Shown here: piece after piece, positions 29,008-36,523 of the stretch
Numbering within the stretch: the stretch's first letter is position 1
How the letters are laid out: each line of letters starts with the position of its first letter
Assembly (NCBI GenBank): GCA_964644525.1
Contig: CAZXWC010000001.1
Coordinates: forward strand, 7,489-71,488
Direction of reading: 5' to 3'
DNA from: an uncultured Peptostreptococcaceae bacterium
Lineage (GTDB): Bacteria; Bacillota; Clostridia; Peptostreptococcales; BM714
DNA: 64,000 nt
The notes under the pieces: model-generated
What the model saw: the letters and a program-made list of their open reading frames with translations, nothing else
Told to the model about the DNA's origin: nothing
Database searches by the model: none
Made by a program: the position numbers and the translations under genes

Positions 29008-30294
29008 TCAATCAATGTAATCGAATTCATATCCCTCTATTTCAATTGTCGAACCGTCTTCTGCTCCCATTTTTTTCAATTCTTCAAAAATGCCCTTGTT
29101 TTTTAATATTCCCTGAAATCTCTGTACCGAATCCCAATCTTCGAAATTGGTTGATTTCATAAGTTTTTCAACCGAATATCCCGTAATCCTGAATGTTTTA
29201 TTTGTTTTTTCTATTTTCCAGTCTTGTTCCCTCTTTTTATATCTGTAAACCTTGTGGTCTTCCTTGTCTTGCTGATCGTTCACCTTTTCCACAGTTTGAA
29301 TTTTGTCCAACATGCCGGTTACAGCTTTCATTAACCCATCCAAACCGTCACTCGAAGCAGCTGAAATGAAAAACACCTCGTATCCCCTGCTTTCCATTTC
29401 TTTTCGGAAAGTGTCCATGCAGGCCGGATCATCGGCCAAATCAGTCTTGTTGCCTACCACAATCTGTTTTTTGGCAGCCAAATCAATCGAATAGGACTTA
29501 AGTTCATCATTGATCATTTCGAAGTCATTTACGGGATTTCGCCCTTCAGAGCCCGATATGTCTACGACATGGACAAGGAGCCTGGTCCTTTCTATATGCC
29601 TTAAAAAATCATGCCCCAAGCCTGTGCCCTCATGGGCCCCTTCAATAAGCCCGGGTATGTCAGCCAATGCGAAACTTTTACCCTTCACAGCTTCTACAAC
29701 TCCCAAATTCGGATGAATCGTAGTAAAATGATAATTGGCTATTTTGGGTTTGGCTTTCGAGACCTTGGAAAGGATAGTCGATTTCCCTACATTTGGCAAA
29801 CCTATCAAGCCGACCTCTGCAAGAAGCTTAAGTTCTAGTAGAAGAATTTTTTCATCTCCAGGATCGCCTGCTTCGGCAAAATTTGGGGCTTGGCGTATCG
29901 AACTCTTGTATCTTGTATTACCGTTTCCGCCATTACCGCCTCTTGCTATTACTACAGATTGTCCTTTTTCCACAAGGTCTGCAATTATAAGATTCGTTTC
30001 CGCATCCTTGACCACTGTTCCTGGCGGAACATTCAAGGTTAAATGGCGGCCGTTCTTGCCGGACATTTTCTTTTTCCTGCCATCTTCTCCATTTTCCGCA
30101 CTGTACTTTGTCTTATAGCGAAAATCCATAAGCGTTTTCATTCCGTCGTCGACTTGAAATACTATATTTCCTCCATTTCCTCCATCTCCGCCGTCAGGTC
30201 CTCCGTCAGGAACATATTTTTCCCGCCTGAAAGAGACCGCTCCGTTTCCACCATTTCCTGCCCTTACCGAAATTTTTGCCTCATCTATAAACAT
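29008..30294 (-). CDS. obg: GTPase ObgE/CgtA
   Basis: MFIDEAKISVRAGNGGNGAVSFRREKY..., a G domain (GLPNVGKST) and a C-terminal TGS/OCT-like domain. ATG 30294 lies behind a GAGGGTGG SD. Confidence 0.95.
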   Translation of the reverse strand: MFIDEAKISVRAGNGGNGAVSFRREKYVPDGGPDGGDGGNGGNIVFQVDDGMKTLMDFRYKTKYSAENGEDGRKKKMSGKNGRHLTLNVPPGTVVKDAETNLIIADLVEKGQSVVIARGGNGGNGNTRYKSSIRQAPNFAEAGDPGDEKILLLELKLLAEVGLIGLPNVGKSTILSKVSKAKPKIANYHFTTIHPNLGVVEAVKGKSFALADIPGLIEGAHEGTGLGHDFLRHIERTRLLVHVVDISGSEGRNPVNDFEMINDELKSYSIDLAAKKQIVVGNKTDLADDPACMDTFRKEMESRGYEVFFISAASSDGLDGLMKAVTGMLDKIQTVEKVNDQQDKEDHKVYRYKKREQDWKIEKTNKTFRITGYSVEKLMKSTNFEDWDSVQRFQGILKNKGIFEELKKMGAEDGSTIEIEGYEFDYID

Positions 30295-30313
30295 ATTTCC
30301 ACCCTCTAACGAT

Positions 30314-30345
30314 AAAAAGCCCATACCTCATAAAGGGCATGGGCC
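30314..30345 (-). terminator. Hairpin with U-run between rpmA and obg (terminator or attenuator)
   Basis: Minus-strand sense: GCCCAT-N14-ATGGGC followed by TTTTT. Confidence 0.55.
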
Positions 30346-30351
30346 ATTTTT

Positions 30352-30648
30352 CTATTGAACGTCAACACTTGCCGGATAAACACTAGCCTGTTTTCGATCC
30401 TTGCCTTTTCGTTCGAACTTTATAATCCCGTCAGCCTTTGCAAATAGCGTATCATCCCCGCCTCTGCCGACATTCAAACCCGCATGGATTTTAGTGCCTC
30501 TCTGTCTGACCAGAATGCTTCCAGCGCTCACAAATTGTCCATCAGCCCTTTTGACGCCTAATCTCTTTGATTCACTGTCTCTACCGTTCTTCGAAGAACC
30601 GACACCCTTCTTACTTGAGAAAAGTTGGAGATTCATTTTAATCATCAT
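30352..30648 (-). CDS. rpmA: 50S ribosomal protein L27 with N-terminal propeptide
   Basis: M(M)[36 protein letters not shown]... The 9-10 aa extension before SKKG is typical of Firmicute L27 processed by Prp. The start is ATG 30648 or 30645. Confidence 0.95.
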   Translation of the reverse strand: MMIKMNLQLFSSKKGVGSSKNGRDSESKRLGVKRADGQFVSAGSILVRQRGTKIHAGLNVGRGGDDTLFAKADGIIKFERKGKDRKQASVYPASVDVQ

Positions 30649-30982
30649 AATCGTCGCACCTCCTTATACGAATATTTACATAATCGGGATAGCTTTCAGC
30701 AACGCTTTCATATCCCACATAAACTGTTTTCATTATTGTCGCCACTCTTTGCTTTTCATCAAGCGGCAACTTCTTCGGAACCATGCATCTAAGATAGCCT
30801 TCCGCCACATCGTATTCAAAATCAATGCCGGTAAGTTCTCCAAGAGCGTTTACCGCTGTCTGAGCGAGAACAGAAACGCTTGCGCAAACTATGTCCCTGC
30901 CGTATTCATCACTTTCAGCGTGTCCGGAAACTTCAAACCCCATGATTTCAGTATCTTTTCTAAAAACCATTATTTCTATCAT
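30638..30982 (-). CDS. prp: Ribosomal-processing cysteine protease Prp
   Basis: 114 aa with SGHAE...DIVCASVS (His/Cys dyad). Sits between rplU and rpmA. Confidence 0.88.
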   Translation of the reverse strand: MIEIMVFRKDTEIMGFEVSGHAESDEYGRDIVCASVSVLAQTAVNALGELTGIDFEYDVAEGYLRCMVPKKLPLDEKQRVATIMKTVYVGYESVAESYPDYVNIRIRRCDDYDD

Positions 30983-31000
30983 GACGTTGTTCCAACTTCC

Positions 31001-31312
31001 TTACGCGTTGATTGCGTCAATTTTGACTTTTGTATACGGCTGTCTATGTCCTTGCTTCTTTCTATAATCCTTTTTGGCTTTATACTTGTAAACGATGACT
31101 TTCGGTCCCTTGCCTTGCTCAAGAACCGTTGCATCAACCGAAACTCCTTCAACATAAGGTTTTCCAAATGAAACTTCGCCTTCATTGGAAAAAGCGAGAA
31201 TTTTTTCGAAATTTATCTTTCCGCCTTCCAATTCATTGAGTTTTTCGATGAAAAGCGTATCGCCTTCCTGTACTCGGTATTGTTTTCCACCTGTTTCAAT
31301 AATTGCATACAT
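31001..31312 (-). CDS. rplU: 50S ribosomal protein L21
   Basis: [25 protein letters not shown]... AGGAGGTG SD before ATG 31312. Confidence 0.95.
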   Translation of the reverse strand: MYAIIETGGKQYRVQEGDTLFIEKLNELEGGKINFEKILAFSNEGEVSFGKPYVEGVSVDATVLEQGKGPKVIVYKYKAKKDYRKKQGHRQPYTKVKIDAINA

Positions 31313-31430
31313 TCCTTGTACACCTCCTCTAAACAATCTCGCCGAAGTCAGGTGGCAAAAGCTCTTAATACCTGATCCGTGCGGTTCTCCGTGCTAATGC
31401 ATAATACCATACATTCAGCACATAATCAAC
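31313..31430 (-). promoter_or_regulatory. Structured 5' leader of rplU-prp-rpmA (candidate L21-leader type element)
   Basis: Hairpins read by eye: GTGCT(G)AATG...CATTAGCAC and TCAGGT...ACCTGA, followed by a CTTCGG loop. The location matches the known ribosomal-leader context in Firmicutes. No covariance-model search was done. Confidence 0.4.
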
Positions 31431-31436
31431 AAAACG

Positions 31437-31465
31437 ATTATATCACAAACTTCTCCATTTATAAA
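31437..31465 (-). promoter_or_regulatory. Promoter of the rplU operon
   Basis: TTTATA, 17-nt spacer, TGaTATAAT (extended -10), overlapping the rng stop codon. Confidence 0.55.
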
Positions 31466-32850
31466 TAGATGATTTCAAATTCTCCCGCCTTCATTTCCTT
31501 GTTTATTCTTATTTTAACACACTGTCCGTATCTTTCTCCAGCAATAGCTTCATAATCAATTTTCTCCAGCCATGAAGCCATTTGACAATCTGTGCAAAGC
31601 TCCAATTTTTTCATTGATGTTTCAGATTTTATTCTGGCCAGTTCCTTCTCTATTTTTCCCAAAGTATAGGCGGGTTTCTCAAACGTCTCTTCCCGCATAT
31701 GAAATCTTCTCGATGAAAGGCCCTTTTTCTCCCTGGACATTTCAAGAAGACCTGCTTTTGTAAATCCATAAATATCAAATTTGCGATTGTCGTATTTTTC
31801 AAAAATACCGACCATTATTTCACATATCTCTTCCTGAACTCTTTTGTCCGCATCCAAAAAATCGATAAGTATCATGCCCGAAAGATTTCTAAGCATTATT
31901 TGCCTCGCAGCTTCAACGGCAGCTTCACTATTTGTTATATTTACGAAGCCTCCACTTGCACTTTTTGCAGAATTCACATCTATAGATGTGAGGGCCTCGG
32001 TCTCTTCAATTATTATGTTTCCTCCACTTTCCAGCCATATTTTTTTCTTCACAGATTCTTCCAGCGCCTTGCCGGTAGAATAAAACGAAAAGGTGTCCCA
32101 TCCATCCGAGATATCCCGCAATTCGCAAATATCACCACTTATTCCCAAACACGACCCCAAAACATTTTCCATGTCATCAACACAATCGAAAACAATTTTG
32201 TCTATTCCCCTGTATGAATTGTTTATTACTTTTTCGACTGCAAAATCAGCACCCTTGTATATCCTTTTGGGGGCTCTTGCATAAGTCTTTTGTACACAAA
32301 CATCTTTCCATTTAGCTTGCAACTTTCTGTAATCTTTCTTTATGGCCTCATTCGAAAGTGTTTCCGCATGGGTCCTTATTATCATTCCGCAGGGTTCTTT
32401 ATGCATTTCATAAGCCAATTCCTTCAGCCGCCTTATTGATTTTGCCTTTACAACTTTATTTGAAACCGCAATCCTGTTCTTGTCATCGTCATAAAAAACC
32501 AATCCATCCCCCTGTACGCTTAGCTTTCCTGTCAATTTAGGGCCCTTTCCGCCTATAGCTCCTTTTTTTATCTGAACAGCTATTTCATCTCCTGATTTTA
32601 TCAACTCGGAAATTCTACCCTTGCCATAACCGCCCTTTATTTCGTCCTTTTGCAAATATCCGTTTCTGTTCAATCCAATATCCACAAATGCCGCCTGCAT
32701 AGAATCGAGAACCTTTTCAACCCTTCCCATATAAATATCGCCTATTCCACCCTCTTGCCCTTCTGAAATCTCCAATTTGTAAACCGTATCGTCAAAAATA
32801 ACTGCAGCTCTCTTCATGCTGCCAATTGTGTTGAAAACAATTACATTCAT
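31459..32850 (-). CDS. rng: Ribonuclease E/G family protein (Rng/CafA-like)
   Basis: 463 aa. S1 domain (GDIYMGRVEKVLDSMQAAFVDIG) and a catalytic region (TSIDVNS, ILIDFLD). Confidence 0.9.
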   Translation of the reverse strand: MNVIVFNTIGSMKRAAVIFDDTVYKLEISEGQEGGIGDIYMGRVEKVLDSMQAAFVDIGLNRNGYLQKDEIKGGYGKGRISELIKSGDEIAVQIKKGAIGGKGPKLTGKLSVQGDGLVFYDDDKNRIAVSNKVVKAKSIRRLKELAYEMHKEPCGMIIRTHAETLSNEAIKKDYRKLQAKWKDVCVQKTYARAPKRIYKGADFAVEKVINNSYRGIDKIVFDCVDDMENVLGSCLGISGDICELRDISDGWDTFSFYSTGKALEESVKKKIWLESGGNIIIEETEALTSIDVNSAKSASGGFVNITNSEAAVEAARQIMLRNLSGMILIDFLDADKRVQEEICEIMVGIFEKYDNRKFDIYGFTKAGLLEMSREKKGLSSRRFHMREETFEKPAYTLGKIEKELARIKSETSMKKLELCTDCQMASWLEKIDYEAIAGERYGQCVKIRINKEMKAGEFEIIYL

Positions 32851-33575
32851 TGAATCTCACCCTCTGAAGCCGTTTTTTCTAAAGAAATCGGTCCGCTTTC
32901 ATCATTTGACAAAAGATCTATCCTAAAAACATTCACCTTGCGAGGATCAATATCCCAACCTGTTTTCTCACCCAGCCCCTTCAGCAGAAAAAGAGGATTA
33001 AGATTTCCTCTACTCCCTGCGCTCAAAAGAACTTTGAGAACTATTTGATTGTTTTCAAAGTTCACTATTTCACAGTCATGTATATCATCTTTAAGGTTTT
33101 TTTCAACAATCTTGCCTGACTTTGTTCGCTTTTGCGCTGGAATCGGCCCCGATTCAAGTATTTTTCCAAGCTGTAAAATAGAATCTTTATTTTTGACTTC
33201 ATCAAACGGAAAATCAATTTTAAACTCCGAATAGTCAACCAGGCTCATCAGCGATTTGGCTTTTATATTCACATATCCTCCGGCAATTACATTGAGCCCG
33301 TCCGGGAGAGACAAATTGATCTTTTCTATAAATTCATCAATAGCAAGAGCTTCTGTCAATTCAACATCTATATACTCACCCATACTTGAAAAACCTACAG
33401 AAGAAGGCAGGGCAAAACTCATTTTAGGATGGGGGTTGAATCCCTCAGTGTATTTTAGGGGAATTTCGATTCTCCTGAACGCCCTTTCAAAAACCTTTAT
33501 CATTTCCAAATGCCCAAGGTACTTGACCCTGCCCTTTTTTTCATATCTCGCTCTTATCCTATACATTGCACGCAC
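32847..33575 (-). CDS. Radical-SAM-associated protein, TIGR03936/DUF2344-like
   Basis: About 240 aa: RIRARYEKKGRVKYLGHLEMIKVFERAFRR... Overlaps both neighbours (17 nt with the radical SAM gene, 4 nt with rng). Family assignment is from memory of the conserved N-terminus and synteny. Confidence 0.7.
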   Translation of the reverse strand: MRAMYRIRARYEKKGRVKYLGHLEMIKVFERAFRRIEIPLKYTEGFNPHPKMSFALPSSVGFSSMGEYIDVELTEALAIDEFIEKINLSLPDGLNVIAGGYVNIKAKSLMSLVDYSEFKIDFPFDEVKNKDSILQLGKILESGPIPAQKRTKSGKIVEKNLKDDIHDCEIVNFENNQIVLKVLLSAGSRGNLNPLFLLKGLGEKTGWDIDPRKVNVFRIDLLSNDESGPISLEKTASEGEIQ

Positions 33576-35391
33576 CCCTGTAATTTGTCAAAATGCCGCA
33601 GTTGCAGCATCCCTGCCTGCAATCCGGTGTCAATTGGCCGCTTTTGGCTTTTTCATTTTCAGATTCAAGAAATCCCTTGTCTATTCCCGCGCTTATATGG
33701 TCCCATGGCAGAGCTTGCCCGTAATCGGAAATCCTGTTTGCATATGCAAGCGGATCCAGCCCCGATTCCTTCATTGCTTTTATCCATTTGTCATAATCGA
33801 AGTAATCGCTCCAACTATCGAACTTGCATCCCGAAAGCCAAGCCCTGTGCAACACATCACAAAGCCTTCTGTCGCCTCTTGAGAAAACCGATTCCATGAA
33901 ACTGGTTTCGGAGTCGTGATAGTTGAATTGAATAGCCTTCTCGCGTTTGAACATTTTTTTCAAATGCATGTGCTTCTCGTTGAAGACTGAAGGCTGGTCC
34001 TGGCCTTCCCACTGGAAAGGCGTAAACGCTTTTGGCACAAAATTCGAAACGCTTACCGTTATCCTCGGCTTCCTTCTTCTTTTCTCCTTCGGCATTCTAT
34101 AATATGCCTCTACAACTTTTTTTGCCAGGTCATAAATTCCGTCCAGATCTTCCTTGGTCTCTGTAGGCAGTCCTATCATAAAATACAGTTTTACCGTATC
34201 CCATCCAAGGTCGAATGCGTTTACAACAGATTCCATAAGGTCCTTTTCGGCAATCCCCTTATTGATTACATCCCTCATCCTTTGGGTTCCGGCTTCAGGA
34301 GCAAAAGTCAATCCCGTTTTTCTGACCGATTGTATTCTTTCAAGGATTTCTATAGGAAAACTGTCAAGCCTCAAGGACGGAAGTGAAATCCCCACTTTTT
34401 CCCTTTCATAATGGTCAAGCAGCATTTCAACCAGAGGCCTTATTTGGGAGTGGTCGCTTGTGCTTAAAGAAGCGAGAGAAATCTCCTCGTATCCTGTGTT
34501 TTTAATGATATTTTCTGTTATTTCAGCGATTTTGCCTACACTTCTTTCCCTCACAGGCCGATATACCATTCCCGCATGGCAGAATCTGCATCCTCTTGTA
34601 CATCCCCTGAAAATCTCTACTACAGCCCTGTCGTGAACCGCGTCGGCATAAGGCATTATCTGCCTGTCCGGAAAATACGATTCGTCAAGATCCATCACCA
34701 TGTTCTTTTTTACGACAGAAGGAGCTTCTTTTTCAATCGGTTTCGTCTCCATATATATACCGTCTTTGTAAACAGGCTCATAAAAGGAAGGCAGGTATAT
34801 GCCGGGAATGTCTGTGATTTTTTTCAAGAAGTCTTTTTTTGATGTTTTTTCAGCCTTGTGGGTTTTAAACCTTTTTATGAATTCTGGCAGAATGTCCTCC
34901 GCATCGCCAATAAAAACAATATCAACAAAGTCGGCAACAGGCTCGGGATTGAAAGCGCATGGGCCTCCGGCTATTACGATGGGGTGGGAATCGTCCCTGT
35001 CTTTTGCAAAAACCGGCAAATTCGCCAAATCCATCATGTTTAGTATGTTTGAATAACTCATTTCATATTGCAAGGTGAATCCTATAATGTCCAATTCGCC
35101 GGCAGGAGTCCTCGATTCCATTGTAAACAATGGCGTTTTGCTTTCTTTCATAGCATTCTCCATGTCTGGCCATGGAGCAAAAAGCCGTTCACAATACACA
35201 TCTTCCATATCATTGAGCAAAAAATACAATATCTGAAGCCCCATGAAGGACATCCCCACTTCATACACGTCTGGAAAGGCAAACCCGAAACGTACTTGCC
35301 CTCCCGTTATTTCCTTGTTTACTGAATTGACTTCCCCGCCGATGTATCGGCTCGGCTTTTCAACCTGTTTCAATAGATAATCTATTTGCAT
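33559..35391 (-). CDS. B12-binding-domain radical SAM protein, TIGR03960-like
   Basis: About 610 aa with CTRGCRFC (CX3CX2C). ATG 35391 is 6 nt after a GGAGG SD; the ORF-track ATG 35397 abuts the SD. Confidence 0.8.
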   Translation of the reverse strand: MQIDYLLKQVEKPSRYIGGEVNSVNKEITGGQVRFGFAFPDVYEVGMSFMGLQILYFLLNDMEDVYCERLFAPWPDMENAMKESKTPLFTMESRTPAGELDIIGFTLQYEMSYSNILNMMDLANLPVFAKDRDDSHPIVIAGGPCAFNPEPVADFVDIVFIGDAEDILPEFIKRFKTHKAEKTSKKDFLKKITDIPGIYLPSFYEPVYKDGIYMETKPIEKEAPSVVKKNMVMDLDESYFPDRQIMPYADAVHDRAVVEIFRGCTRGCRFCHAGMVYRPVRERSVGKIAEITENIIKNTGYEEISLASLSTSDHSQIRPLVEMLLDHYEREKVGISLPSLRLDSFPIEILERIQSVRKTGLTFAPEAGTQRMRDVINKGIAEKDLMESVVNAFDLGWDTVKLYFMIGLPTETKEDLDGIYDLAKKVVEAYYRMPKEKRRRKPRITVSVSNFVPKAFTPFQWEGQDQPSVFNEKHMHLKKMFKREKAIQFNYHDSETSFMESVFSRGDRRLCDVLHRAWLSGCKFDSWSDYFDYDKWIKAMKESGLDPLAYANRISDYGQALPWDHISAGIDKGFLESENEKAKSGQLTPDCRQGCCNCGILTNYRGACNV

Positions 35392-35412
35392 TGCCATCCT
35401 CCATAATACTTT

Positions 35413-36519
35413 CTAAAATTTAATTTTCTTCCTTCTGACTGAAATTCCCAACACAATGCCAATCGCCGCCATGCTTATTATGAGAGAGCTTCCTCCGTAG
35501 CTCATGAAGGGAAGCGTAACACCTGTTACAGGCATCACTCCCATTGTCATTCCTATGTTTTGAATGATTTGATAAAGAAACATCGATATTACCCCGGACA
35601 CAACCAATGTGCCGTATACATCTTTTGAATTCTTTGCTACGCTGAACATTCTGTAAAGCAAAAGAAAATAAAGAATTATCAGGCAGGCTCCCCCAACAAA
35701 ACCAAGCTCCTCAACCAAAACCGCAAAGATGAAATCCGTTTCCTGCACGGGCAAAAAATCATATCTTGTCTGCGTTCCCATGAAAAGGCCTTTCCCTGAA
35801 AGCTGACCCGATCCTATTGTGATTTTGGATTGCCTGACTTGGTAATTTCCCGGCAAGTCCGTATTGGAAGGATTTAGAAAAGCGTCTATCCTTCTCTTTT
35901 GGTGGTCTCCCATAAACCTGTATGCAACAGGAACCATGGCAATTCCCAATGCACCTCCTGCAATGAAATATTTCCAAGGCATTCCGGCAATAAAGAGCAT
36001 GCCAAGCGTTATAACTACGAATACCAACGCTGTTCCCAAATCCGGTTGCAACAATATAATAAATATGAATGGAAGCGGAAAAAGAAGCGAAATCGCAATC
36101 TCCATTATATTGTCGATTTTACCATAACGGCTTTCAAGAAATTTTCCATAAGATAATATAAAACCTATCTTTGCAAGTTCGGACGTCTGTATATCTATGG
36201 GTCCTATGTCTATCCAACTCCTAGCTCCGCCTCTTACCGCGCCAAGACCGGGAATATAAACAAGGAGCAACATGAATATGGACAATACGTATACGACCTT
36301 GTACAAATCCCCTAAATAGTTGTAATCGATTATAAGCATAACTATCATTATTGCAATACCCAGGCAAAAAGCTATTGTCTGAATTTTTATTTGTCTGGTA
36401 AGCCCATTTTCAGCATAATGAGTCGCACTGGCAATCATTATGACTCCCAAGGCAATTATGGACACCATTGTCACAAAAAGAGTCCAATCGAAATGCTTTA
36501 GCATTTTTCTTTCAAGCAT
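35413..36519 (-). CDS. rodA: Peptidoglycan glycosyltransferase RodA (SEDS family)
   Basis: Polytopic FtsW/RodA/SpoVE-type sequence, downstream of mrdA. ATG 36519 lies behind a GGAG SD. Confidence 0.88.
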   Translation of the reverse strand: MLERKMLKHFDWTLFVTMVSIIALGVIMIASATHYAENGLTRQIKIQTIAFCLGIAIMIVMLIIDYNYLGDLYKVVYVLSIFMLLLVYIPGLGAVRGGARSWIDIGPIDIQTSELAKIGFILSYGKFLESRYGKIDNIMEIAISLLFPLPFIFIILLQPDLGTALVFVVITLGMLFIAGMPWKYFIAGGALGIAMVPVAYRFMGDHQKRRIDAFLNPSNTDLPGNYQVRQSKITIGSGQLSGKGLFMGTQTRYDFLPVQETDFIFAVLVEELGFVGGACLIILYFLLLYRMFSVAKNSKDVYGTLVVSGVISMFLYQIIQNIGMTMGVMPVTGVTLPFMSYGGSSLIISMAAIGIVLGISVRRKKIKF

Positions 36520-36523
36520 TAAA

